Below, piece by piece: positions 1-9,332 of a stretch of 64,000 bases of DNA. The notes beneath the pieces are model-generated. The model was not told the DNA's origin. It did not search any database and was given only the letters and a program-made list of their open reading frames with translations. The stretch's first letter is position 1, and every line of letters starts with the position of its first letter. Both the position numbers and the translations under genes were made by a program. The stretch is from Anaerolineales bacterium (lineage in GTDB: Bacteria > Chloroflexota > Anaerolineae > Anaerolineales > UBA11858), in assembly GCA_034520505.1 (NCBI GenBank), contig JAXHNK010000004.1, positions 10,203 through 74,202 of the forward strand, written 5' to 3'.

Positions 1-1
1 G

Positions 2-568
2 GATCAGGGCGTCCAGAGCCTGATCAGTGACTCCGGCCGATGATTGATCTTCCCAGACAAGTTTGATTATTCGGTTGCGGCTGATAACTTTTCCTTCCTG
101 CTCAAGTAATATTTGGAGCAGTCTGAATTGCAGCGAGGACAAAGGGGGTGTTATCTCTTTTTGTCCGATCCAGACCCGGCGGGAATCTTTATCCAGACGC
201 AGTTGAGGAGTGATAGAAAGCGGGGATCCTTTGAAATCTGAGGCATTTAAAGGCACAGTGGCGTCCTGGCTGAGAAAAATAAATTCCTGGGCAAGGGCGA
301 TTTGGATGAGGTCGCCATCTTCTAATTGAATCCGACCTGTAACTGGAACTCCATTATGGTAAGACCCGTTTTTGCTTTGGAGGTCTTCAATAAATACTAC
401 AGCATGCTCGTTTGTGATTTGAGCGTGTTTTCGGGAGACTTGCTGACTGGAGATAGTGATGTCACAAGATTCTGATCTCCCGATAGTCAGCTGATCTGTT
501 ATTGTCCAGCGATAGCCGTTAAGCGATCCGCCCTGGCCAACAAGAACAGGATTTGAGTTGAGGATCAT
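2..568 (-). CDS. FHA domain + OmpR-type winged-helix (Trans_reg_C) protein, 3' end runs off the window
   Basis: Not in the ORF track; translated by hand from ATG at 568 (AGGAG RBS upstream). MILNSNPVLV...LTIGRSESCDI...VSRKHAQI...IEDLQSKNGSYHNG gives the FHA GR/SxxH/NG motifs; ...LSSLQFRLLQILLEQEGKVISRNRIIKLVW...DQALDALI resembles a winged helix. Confidence 0.85.
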   Translation of the reverse strand, partial: MILNSNPVLVGQGGSLNGYRWTITDQLTIGRSESCDITISSQQVSRKHAQITNEHAVVFIEDLQSKNGSYHNGVPVTGRIQLEDGDLIQIALAQEFIFLSQDATVPLNASDFKGSPLSITPQLRLDKDSRRVWIGQKEITPPLSSLQFRLLQILLEQEGKVISRNRIIKLVWEDQSSAGVTDQALDALI

Positions 569-666
569 ACAGTAAAAAACTCCTGACGATAAAGGATGTC
601 TGTTTTACTGAGTTGTATAGATTATAATAGAAAATTGATAAGCAAGTAAATTAACGGTGGGAAATC

Positions 667-1656
667 ATGCTGCAGCCACATCAAAAAGACGAAATTATCA
701 AAGAGCGCTATAAGATCAGAGATGTGATCGGCCAGGGCGGAATGGGGCGGGTTTATCTGGCGGATGACCTCCGCCTGCCCGGCCGTCTGTGCGCTTTGAA
801 AGCTGTCGTTTACGAAGAAAACTTACCACAAGATGTAATTCATCAGACCAGGGATCAATTTAAGCGGGAGGCCAATATTTTGGCCCGTTTAGATCACCCT
901 AATTTGCCCAAGGTTTCGGATTATTTCTCTATAGAAAATAGAGATTATTTGGTCATGGATTATGTACCCGGTAAAGACCTGCTAACTCTGGTTAAAGAAG
1001 CAAAGAGAAAGGAAAAATATTTTCCAGAGAGAGAAATTCTAAACTGGGCCAGTCAGATAGCTGAAGCTTTGATCTATTTACATAATCAAAAACCAGCTAT
1101 CTTGCACAGGGATATTAAACCCAGCAATATCAAACTAACCCCAAATGGAATCATAAAATTAGTCGATTTTGGATTGGTTAAGCTGCTGGCTTCAGGCGAA
1201 AAGACGATTACCGTGGTCCAGGGGCATGGGTCGGCTTATTATACTCCGCTGGAGCAGTACGGTGGTGATACCGGCCATACAGATCCACGGAGTGACGTTT
1301 ATTCATTCGGAGCGACCTTGTATCACCTGCTATCGCTTAAGCCGCCTGAGGAGGCCAGGAAAAGATTCTTAAATCCCGGCGATTTACAACCGATCCGGGA
1401 AATTAATGCACAAATAAGCCCGCGGACAGAACGTGCCATACAGGCAGCAATGGTAGTTCATCCGCGGGATAGAATTCAGAGTGTTGATGAATTTAAAAAA
1501 GCGCTTTTGGGGGATTGGGATCCGCTCCGGAATCCAAATGCCGCTCTGCCTGTTCCCAAAATTCAGGACTTTATCCGCGGCTCAGAAGAGAAGGTCCTGG
1601 TCCTGCTGGCTTTTTTAATGTTTGCAGTCAGCATTGTGGTAACTATTTTGAAGTAA
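667..1656 (+). CDS. Hanks-type Ser/Thr protein kinase with C-terminal transmembrane helix
   Basis: GQGGMGRVY, ALK, HRDIKPSN, DFG and SDVYSFG motifs; hydrophobic C-terminus. Confidence 0.95.
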   Translation: MLQPHQKDEIIKERYKIRDVIGQGGMGRVYLADDLRLPGRLCALKAVVYEENLPQDVIHQTRDQFKREANILARLDHPNLPKVSDYFSIENRDYLVMDYVPGKDLLTLVKEAKRKEKYFPEREILNWASQIAEALIYLHNQKPAILHRDIKPSNIKLTPNGIIKLVDFGLVKLLASGEKTITVVQGHGSAYYTPLEQYGGDTGHTDPRSDVYSFGATLYHLLSLKPPEEARKRFLNPGDLQPIREINAQISPRTERAIQAAMVVHPRDRIQSVDEFKKALLGDWDPLRNPNAALPVPKIQDFIRGSEEKVLVLLAFLMFAVSIVVTILK

Positions 1657-4450
1657 GTTTTTTAGTGGGGAAATATTTTAGTGCCAGGAAAGATATCAAC
1701 CATCCCAGCAGGGATCCACTGAAAACAGAAATCCCAAACCGGAGGCTGAGATAAGTGCTGCCGGTGATAAATTCTGCTCCAGGGAGATCCAGAACGAGGT
1801 AATTATAGACGAACATTCCACAGATAAACGAGGATATTCCCCAGCGAATAGCCCATCTTATTTGTCCCAGGAGAGCCCCGATCTGGTAGGCAAAAATCGA
1901 TACAGCGGTAATTGTTATCAGGGTCAAAAACCAGACCTGAAGTTTAACCTTTTGATCTTCTTGGATTGTGCTGACGGGACTCGCGGGGTCCTTGTTCTCA
2001 GCAGGCACCGGAGTCGGGGTGAGGGTGGACACATTTTGAGTCGTAGTCGGTTCAGTTCCTGCCTGGTTTTGAGCATCAGCTTTTACTCGAATCAATACGC
2101 GATCAGATTGGGCGGGTGAGCTTACAGCCTGAATCTCTAAATCGTGACTTCGCTCAATGATAAAGGAGATTTCAGCAGTCCCATTCTGGGTTTCAACCTG
2201 CGGGAGCTGGATAATTTCACCTTGAGAATTGATGACAAATTGGACGGGGGTGCCGTCGGGAACCGGATTGCCGTTGTGATCCAGAATTATGCCGGTTTCA
2301 GCTTCAACCAGGTCCCCCGACTCATAAACAGAAGGGGTTGGTGTTGCTTCCAGAGACAATCCTTCACTGGACTCATCTGGCCTGCCTCCCACGAAGAGAG
2401 GAATGGTTTGCTCAGGATCAGGGGAGGTAGCTGTGATCAGGTCATAGCCAATTCCTGGGACGGAGACTGGAAGGTCTCCAGGCGGTGAGGGGATTTCTTT
2501 AAATAATAACCTCGCCGCCACATCGATGAATGGAGAAAGCTTGCTGAATATACCAAAGTAGGCAGTCAGCTTTGATATATTCGTGGCGTCCAGGTAATAA
2601 GGTGCATTCAACGCAAACACAATTATTTTTTTATCCCGGATCAAATCTTGTCTTTCGGCTAGCAGGCGGTGAAGAGCTAGCGAGGACGGTCTGTTCGGGC
2701 TGGTATCTCGAGATACGACCACTATCCAATCCGCGCTTTTTAGAGCCTGATCAAGATATTCTGTATCCAGGGGAAAATCTAACAGGTTGATGACTTCCTG
2801 GTATGAGTAGGAGGAAATATTTGCGGACGTGATCTGACGACCTGATTGGGGGCCGTACAGACGAAGAAGAGCTTCCTCCAGGCTGTGTTTACGGAGTGTG
2901 TGAACTTCCTCGCAGTTTGCACAGATATATTCTGAAGCCGTGTCGGTTAGAATGATGATCCTTTCATTGAGCTGGGGAGGTGATTGAAGGACGTTATTAA
3001 GTTCCCCAAGGATGGGACTGATGAGGGTTGAACTTTTCCGGGCGACTTCATTAGCTGCTCTGCCAGATCCGATGCCCGAAAGCAGGTTATGAGTGCTGAG
3101 GACTGTGCTGATGTTAAATACTTCATAGATGGTGTATTTCAAGGTCAGGATGCGCAGCAAAGAATTGTCCACGCGTTCTGCAAAGGTTTGATCTTCAACA
3201 TATTTTTGAGCAAAAAAGTTCAGGGTGTTTTCAATCTCGGATAGGGACAGGGGAGCGTTTTGATCTCCGGTATTACCCAGATATAGAATATCATTACCCG
3301 CGATGAACGCATCCAAAGCTACCTGTCTGATATTGAAACTTTTGCCTGTGGGGTCATAGAGCTGCCGAAGTGCCTGACTGCCCAGGTTATCACTGATCAG
3401 CAGTCCTCCGTTTTGCCGCCAACTTCCTAAGGGTTCCAGCGACATCAACAGGGCCAATGCCTGGGGGTCTAAACTGATCGGGCGGGTAGTAGAGCGGATA
3501 TTACCCTGCAATCCCTGGTAACGGATGTGGGAATTTAACAGGGCGTCCACAGTTTCTTTTTTTGAGGGGGCGCCGCCGGTTACTGAAAAAAAGGGGGTAA
3601 GGTCGATCTGTTTTAATTGCTCGAGAGATTTTCTCACAGTGGCGATTTCTTTATCCGGGAGCCGGTCGGAACTGCCCAAGCCGGGGAAATATTTCCCCAC
3701 CACGGCGATCTGGTTATCGCTCCCCTGGTGGACACCGCTGATAAATGCCTGACCCATTTTGGAAACCCAATAAGGATCGCCGCCAAAAGAGCGCACCCCA
3801 AGGTCGGATGGCTGGTCGGGCTTCGGGTTGGAGAGGACATCCAGGGAGGGGCCAAACAGCATATTTACCCCCAGCACAGACAGCTCTTCGCCTAATTGAA
3901 AACCAACATCCCGCGCTAGATCAGGTTCCCAGGTGGCTCCAATAGCAAGCTGGCTGGGTATGGGGCTGATCCCATTTAATAGGGTTGAATGTGATGAAAA
4001 ATCCCCCTCCTGGGATAGACCAATAAAAAGCGGGATATAAGAGGGAGGGGTTAAGGAGTTGTTGTGGAGCTCAGTTTCTGGAATTCTGCTGCTGTTATAT
4101 TCCACCCACTGCAGGTTGTTGATTAAAGCCCAGCTCTCCTCGGCCATATTTTCATAAGAGGGAAAATTATCATTATGCCGCTCCAGAACCGCGCCGCCTA
4201 TATGATAGTTAGTGATCAAGTCATAGATATCGGAACCGGGATTTGTGTCTGCGCCCTCGAAAGTAACCAGAAATAATTGTCCGACTTTTTCCTGGGGAGT
4301 CAGGGTGGCTAGCTGTTTTTGAGCTTTGACCAGGGGAGAGTGAAGATTGCTTTCTGCCCTGGCTGAGGGCGCTGGTTGGAAAAATCCAAACAGGATCACG
4401 AAAGTGAGAAGCAGATAAATAAATTTATTTTTGGAAAGAGTTTGTTTCAT
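1643..4450 (-). CDS. Secreted, membrane-anchored glycoside hydrolase family 3 (NagZ-like) protein with degenerate active site and Ig-like extension
   Basis: Signal peptide; EKVGQLF, GVNMLFGP, RSFGGDP, KYFPGLG and ISDNL motifs; C-terminal hydrophobic helices. Confidence 0.85.
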   Translation of the reverse strand: MKQTLSKNKFIYLLLTFVILFGFFQPAPSARAESNLHSPLVKAQKQLATLTPQEKVGQLFLVTFEGADTNPGSDIYDLITNYHIGGAVLERHNDNFPSYENMAEESWALINNLQWVEYNSSRIPETELHNNSLTPPSYIPLFIGLSQEGDFSSHSTLLNGISPIPSQLAIGATWEPDLARDVGFQLGEELSVLGVNMLFGPSLDVLSNPKPDQPSDLGVRSFGGDPYWVSKMGQAFISGVHQGSDNQIAVVGKYFPGLGSSDRLPDKEIATVRKSLEQLKQIDLTPFFSVTGGAPSKKETVDALLNSHIRYQGLQGNIRSTTRPISLDPQALALLMSLEPLGSWRQNGGLLISDNLGSQALRQLYDPTGKSFNIRQVALDAFIAGNDILYLGNTGDQNAPLSLSEIENTLNFFAQKYVEDQTFAERVDNSLLRILTLKYTIYEVFNISTVLSTHNLLSGIGSGRAANEVARKSSTLISPILGELNNVLQSPPQLNERIIILTDTASEYICANCEEVHTLRKHSLEEALLRLYGPQSGRQITSANISSYSYQEVINLLDFPLDTEYLDQALKSADWIVVVSRDTSPNRPSSLALHRLLAERQDLIRDKKIIVFALNAPYYLDATNISKLTAYFGIFSKLSPFIDVAARLLFKEIPSPPGDLPVSVPGIGYDLITATSPDPEQTIPLFVGGRPDESSEGLSLEATPTPSVYESGDLVEAETGIILDHNGNPVPDGTPVQFVINSQGEIIQLPQVETQNGTAEISFIIERSHDLEIQAVSSPAQSDRVLIRVKADAQNQAGTEPTTTQNVSTLTPTPVPAENKDPASPVSTIQEDQKVKLQVWFLTLITITAVSIFAYQIGALLGQIRWAIRWGISSFICGMFVYNYLVLDLPGAEFITGSTYLSLRFGISVFSGSLLGWLISFLALKYFPTKKLTSK

Positions 4451-4498
4451 AACTTTTAGTTTGTGAAAGCAGATAATACCAGTAAAATCTATTTTACC

Positions 4499-5257
4499 TC
4501 ATGAATTACAGATCTGGTCTATTGTGCGCCTGGCCAGAGGAGGATCATTGGTAATTATGCCGTCAATATTGGCTGTAGTTAGATCAGCGATAATTTGGGG
4601 GTGATCCACTGTATAGGCAAAGGTTTTTAGACCCAGATCTTGGACAGCAGCGATCCGGGAAGGAGAAAGATCATCACAGGGAACATGAAGTGATTTGATG
4701 GGCAGAAGGCGCAGTCCCCCAGTGTGTTTCCAGAAAGGATAAGAGCCCCGGCGAATCAATAAACCTAAATCCAGATCGGGGATCAAATGATGGATCTGAT
4801 GTAAAACAAAAGAGTTGAAAGAAGACAGGATAAGCTTGGGACCCGGGAGGAAATCTTTCAAGCAGTTGGCGGTCAAACGGGACAGCGCAGTGGAAAACGC
4901 AGGGGAGGTTTTCAGTTCAATATTTATCGGTATTTTATTTCCGATGGAAGCGAGCACATCTTCCAACAAAGGAATTCTCGCGTCAGGAAACATCTTCCCG
5001 TAAGGTGAGCTGAACTCAAGAACGGCCAAGTCCTGATAGGTAAGTTTGTGTATTTGTCCAGAGCCTGAGGTTATACGGTCAACAGAGTGATCATGAAAAA
5101 CAACCAGCTGATGATCAGCCGTGATGCGGACGTCAAGTTCGACCGCGTCCGCTTTTTGCTCGATAGCTAAATTAAATGCATCCAGGGTGTTTTCGGGAGC
5201 GTAAGCGCTGGATCCGCGGTGAGCGATGACTGCCGGTTGGGGAAGCTTTTCAAGCAT
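4499..5257 (-). CDS. Glycerophosphodiester phosphodiesterase (UgpQ/GlpQ family)
   Basis: IAHRG..APENT, VELDV, NIELK and DGIITNDP motifs. Confidence 0.93.
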   Translation of the reverse strand: MLEKLPQPAVIAHRGSSAYAPENTLDAFNLAIEQKADAVELDVRITADHQLVVFHDHSVDRITSGSGQIHKLTYQDLAVLEFSSPYGKMFPDARIPLLEDVLASIGNKIPINIELKTSPAFSTALSRLTANCLKDFLPGPKLILSSFNSFVLHQIHHLIPDLDLGLLIRRGSYPFWKHTGGLRLLPIKSLHVPCDDLSPSRIAAVQDLGLKTFAYTVDHPQIIADLTTANIDGIITNDPPLARRTIDQICNS

Positions 5258-5284
5258 GAGGGGAAAGGCAGGCAGGTTGTTTGA

Positions 5285-6646
5285 TTAGAGTTCCACAAAG
5301 AAAGCGTCCGCAGCTTGATCCAGCAGTTCGCGGGACATTGCAGGATTGACGTTGAGAAACTTTGTGATGTCAATAATCTGGTGGCATATTTCCCGCGGAT
5401 GAGAACCACGCAAGTTTCTGTTGGCCTTGATGTAATATTTTTTAAGCAAATAAGCTAATCCTTCATCAGAGAAGGGTATGTTATTTGCGCTTGCTTCTTG
5501 CTTGAATATCCGGCGGAATTCCTCAAAAGAGGGATCGCCGACAAAGATTTTGTGACGGAGCCGGCGGAGAAATGCTTCGTCCACAAGATCCCGGGGCGGG
5601 AGGTTGGTTGAGAATACGATCAGCTCATTAAAGGGAACTTCTACTTTTCTTCCGGTGTGCAGGGTGAGGAAGTCAATCTGGTTTTCCAGAGGCACAATCC
5701 AGCGGTTAAGCAAGTCCGTCGGTCGAACCTGTTGTCTGCCAAAGTCATCCACCAGCAAAAGTCCTCCGGCGGCTTTCAGCTGGAAGGGCGCTTCATAAAA
5801 CTTGGTAGCATCATTGAAAACCAGGTCAAGGTCGGTGAGGGTTAACTCACCACCGACCACAATGAACGGTCGTTTGATGTGCACCCATCTGGGGTCTCGC
5901 CTCAGGCCTGTTTTCAGGGAACCTGTACCTGAATCGGTGTTGTCATCATCTGGAATCAGGTCATGGTTGACTGAATCGAAAAGTTTGACCACCTGGCCTT
6001 CAATATATAGGGCGTAGGGGATATAAATGCTTTCCTTGCGGATCATCTGGCCTACTGCGCGGGCGATGCTGGTTTTACCATTTCCCGGAGGGCCGTAGAT
6101 AAAGATAGATTTACCGGAGTTAATCGCGGGTCCAACCCGATTGATGATTTCGTCCGAAAGGGTCAGGTCAGAAAGATATTGGCGGAGCACACGTTTGTTG
6201 ACATTGAGCTTTCCCAGGCTCTGGCGTGTGATGGCGCGGTTATAATCCTCCAGGGGAACGGGAGCGGGGCCAGCATATTGGCTGCGTTCCATGGCTTCTC
6301 TGGCCCGGCTGATCCCTGCTTCTGTTATTCCATATTGGTAAGAACCTTCACCCAACCCCATGCTGGAGGCTTTCACTTCCACGAACTTTTCTTTTTTCAG
6401 CGAATCAACGATGCTGTCAACGATGGATGTGAAGGGCAGAGAGATCGTTTCGGCTAATTCGTAGCCGGTTAAATACCCTTGAAAATAGAATATTTTCAGA
6501 GCCAGATCCTGCAGCCACAGTTTAGATAAGCCTGTGTCACTGATCTGGGTCATCGGTGGGGGCAAAAAAGGACCGGTTCCTTTTTGGCCGTACTGATACT
6601 CACGATCATGATTTTCAAATCGGGTGGCGTTCATTTTCATCTCCAC
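5285..6646 (-). CDS. AAA+ family ATPase with N-terminal winged-helix-like region, function unknown
   Basis: Walker A GPPGNGKT, Walker B LLVDDFGRQ, sensor FSTN and arginine finger AFLRRL. Confidence 0.85.
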   Translation of the reverse strand: MEMKMNATRFENHDREYQYGQKGTGPFLPPPMTQISDTGLSKLWLQDLALKIFYFQGYLTGYELAETISLPFTSIVDSIVDSLKKEKFVEVKASSMGLGEGSYQYGITEAGISRAREAMERSQYAGPAPVPLEDYNRAITRQSLGKLNVNKRVLRQYLSDLTLSDEIINRVGPAINSGKSIFIYGPPGNGKTSIARAVGQMIRKESIYIPYALYIEGQVVKLFDSVNHDLIPDDDNTDSGTGSLKTGLRRDPRWVHIKRPFIVVGGELTLTDLDLVFNDATKFYEAPFQLKAAGGLLLVDDFGRQQVRPTDLLNRWIVPLENQIDFLTLHTGRKVEVPFNELIVFSTNLPPRDLVDEAFLRRLRHKIFVGDPSFEEFRRIFKQEASANNIPFSDEGLAYLLKKYYIKANRNLRGSHPREICHQIIDITKFLNVNPAMSRELLDQAADAFFVEL

Positions 6647-6762
6647 AAGGATTATTGCAAATAATTAGTATATAATATAAAAGTTGTAATCTGCACTTGA
6701 ATTATAGCACGCCTTTAGTTTAGTGCCCGAGGATAAGTTAATAAAGTTGAAAGGATAAGTGT

Positions 6763-7446
6763 ATGAAAATTTCAGTGGTTATGCCTGTGTATAACGAAGA
6801 AGACACCCTGGAGGAGATTGTCCGGCGAGTGATAGAAACAGGAATAGCCGACCAGATTGTAATCGTTGATGATGGTTCGATCGATGGGACCCGGGAGATT
6901 CTGGGAGATTTAGAAGATAATGAACTGATTGATGTAATCTATCAGGAGAAAAATCAGGGCAAAGGGGCTGCGGTCCGGACTGGTTTTAATCATGCGGTTG
7001 GAGATGTGATCATCATCCAGGATGCTGACCTGGAATACGATCCCCGGGAATACCCCAACCTGTTAAAGCCGCTGGAGGAAGGGGTGGCAGATGTGGTATA
7101 TGGGTCAAGATTTTTGGGAGCGCCTCGCAGGGTGGCCATGTTCTGGCATATGGTTGCTAATAAATTGTTAACCCTGCTGACCAATATCCTTTATGACACC
7201 ATCTTGACAGATATGGAAACCGGCTACAAGGTCTTTAAAAAAGAAATTGTGGAAGGGATGGACATTCATGCCAAAAGATTTGATTTTGAACCGGAATTCA
7301 CCGCCAAAATTCTTAAACGCAAATTAAAAATTTACGAGGTCCCGATTTCTTTTAATCCCCGGGATTACCAGGAAGGCAAAAAGATAGGTCTCAAAGATGC
7401 CTTTGAGGCCATCTGGACTTTGGTCAAGTACCGGTTTGTTGACTAA
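6763..7446 (+). CDS. Glycosyltransferase family 2 (polyprenol-phosphate glycosyltransferase / DPM1-like)
   Basis: [35 protein letters not shown] and YGSRF motifs. Confidence 0.93.
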   Translation: MKISVVMPVYNEEDTLEEIVRRVIETGIADQIVIVDDGSIDGTREILGDLEDNELIDVIYQEKNQGKGAAVRTGFNHAVGDVIIIQDADLEYDPREYPNLLKPLEEGVADVVYGSRFLGAPRRVAMFWHMVANKLLTLLTNILYDTILTDMETGYKVFKKEIVEGMDIHAKRFDFEPEFTAKILKRKLKIYEVPISFNPRDYQEGKKIGLKDAFEAIWTLVKYRFVD

Positions 7447-7463
7447 TATCGGTGCTGGCGAAA

Positions 7464-9155
7464 TTAGTGGTTGCGTATATCCCTTATGTTGGCTTGAAGG
7501 TTGGTTTCTCCTCTGAATTGATTAACCTCCAATTCCAGGATCAGATCGACAGGATTTTCGATTTGATCTGCCAGGTGCCCCAGGCGGAAAGCGATTCCGT
7601 CCAGGCTGACATCATGATCTGTAAGGGTCATTTTCAGATGGTTTTGCCCGCTGCCAACTTGCTTAATTCCAGCTGCGGTAACATTTTCTACGATGAACAG
7701 AGGGCGGGGGTTCATCTCGCCGGTGGGTTCCAGCTGGTCCAGGAAATCAAGCAATTCGTAGTTCAGGTGCTTGAGGGAAACCAGGGCGTCAGCCTGCAAA
7801 ACAGGCATGAGGTTTTGATCTGAAAGTTCCTCTTGGGCGACAGCAGAGAACCTCCGGATAAATTCAGGGATATCCTGGTTTTCAATTTTAAACCCTGCGG
7901 CTTTTTGGTGTCCTCCATATTCGAGGAGTAAATCCTGACAGTGCTCAAGAGCAGAGATCAGGTTAAATTCTTCGATGCTCCGGCATGACGCTGTGGTTAT
8001 CTGGTCTCCCTGAAAGCCGACTACAGCAGGGCGATAATATTTTCGAGACAACCGCCCGGCAGCGATTCCTACAACGCCCGGGTGGAAATCTGGATCAAAA
8101 GCAAAGAGGCTGAGAGAAGAAGGCCCGGAGGTCAAAGCCAGTTCCTCGGCTTTTTTTTCTATCTGGATAGTGAGGTCTTTCCGCTGGGAATTATAGAACT
8201 CCAGCTGCTGGGCCAGTACACCTGCTTGTACTGGATCCTGGGTTAAGAGTAGGTCCAAGGAAATGCGCGGATCGCCTATTCTGCCGGACGCATTTAACCG
8301 GGGAGCTAACTGGAAGCTGATATCAGACGATTTAATTTGAGACGGTTCCAGCCCGGAAATTTTAATCAGGGAGAAAAGACCTTGACGTTGCGTACGGTTT
8401 AGCTGGGATATTCCCGCTTTGGCCAGAGCCCTGTTCTCGCCGATCAGAGGAACCATATCAGCAATGGTGCCCAGAGCAACTAGATCGAGATAATTTTCAG
8501 GATTAATTTCCGGGAAAGCATCACTGAGTTTTTCTGCTAATTTATAAACGACCCCAACGCCGGCGAGCCTATTGAACTGGCCGGCGGGATTGTTTAAATG
8601 AGGATTGATGATTGTTTCTGCGGGAGGCAGTTCATCTCCGGGTAGGTGATGATCGGTCACGATCATCCTCAACCCCAGGCTGTTTCCATGGGCGACTTCT
8701 GAAACGGCCCGGATCCCACAATCTACAGTGATAACAACTGTGGTTTTTTTAGCGGCCAATTTTTCAAGAGCTGTTTTGTTTAGCCCGTACCCTTCTTTTT
8801 CCCTGTCAGGGATATAAATTTCTACACGGGCACCTATTTTTTTTAAAACTTCCAAAAGCAGAGCGGAAGAAGTTAAACCGTCGACATCATAATCACCATA
8901 AACCGTGATTTTTGCATCATGATCAAGGGTGTCTCTGATGATCTTGATAAAGCTGTCTATGCCTGATAAATCTGAGGAAAACGACGGTTTCGTTGTTCCG
9001 GCTTGAAGGAAATCCACCGTTTTTTCCAGGGATTCAAATCCTCGCGAATAAAGTATTTGCTGAAAAGGGGAAGGAAATGAGGAAAATTCCTGACTGATGT
9101 GCTCGGGAAGAGGTTGGGGATAAATCCAATCTGGTCTGATGTTAGATTCTGGCAT
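7464..9155 (-). CDS. recJ: Single-stranded DNA-specific exonuclease RecJ (copy 1, 563 aa)
   Basis: YGDYDVDG, TVDCG, TDHH, GTIADMVPL, PRLNASGR and GGHQKAAG motifs. Confidence 0.93.
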   Translation of the reverse strand: MPESNIRPDWIYPQPLPEHISQEFSSFPSPFQQILYSRGFESLEKTVDFLQAGTTKPSFSSDLSGIDSFIKIIRDTLDHDAKITVYGDYDVDGLTSSALLLEVLKKIGARVEIYIPDREKEGYGLNKTALEKLAAKKTTVVITVDCGIRAVSEVAHGNSLGLRMIVTDHHLPGDELPPAETIINPHLNNPAGQFNRLAGVGVVYKLAEKLSDAFPEINPENYLDLVALGTIADMVPLIGENRALAKAGISQLNRTQRQGLFSLIKISGLEPSQIKSSDISFQLAPRLNASGRIGDPRISLDLLLTQDPVQAGVLAQQLEFYNSQRKDLTIQIEKKAEELALTSGPSSLSLFAFDPDFHPGVVGIAAGRLSRKYYRPAVVGFQGDQITTASCRSIEEFNLISALEHCQDLLLEYGGHQKAAGFKIENQDIPEFIRRFSAVAQEELSDQNLMPVLQADALVSLKHLNYELLDFLDQLEPTGEMNPRPLFIVENVTAAGIKQVGSGQNHLKMTLTDHDVSLDGIAFRLGHLADQIENPVDLILELEVNQFRGETNLQANIRDIRNH

Positions 9156-9332
9156 GGGTAATATGTTAGATCAGCTTGTCAGCAGGTTAACAATCCGAGG
9201 ATGAATACAGCAATAAGTATAGTACAAACCAGGGAATTTAACGCATATAATTCACGGAGAGGGGGAAATATGAAGCGCCAGGATTTGTTCTAAACGTTGA
9301 CTAAGAGGGTTAGGCTTGCTAATATTGTCCGT

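Noticed and set aside
7480-7495. Partial match to the dispersed motif (GTTGCGTATATCCC)
   Set aside because: Only 9 of 11 core bases match and it lies inside the recJ coding sequence; not counted as a copy.
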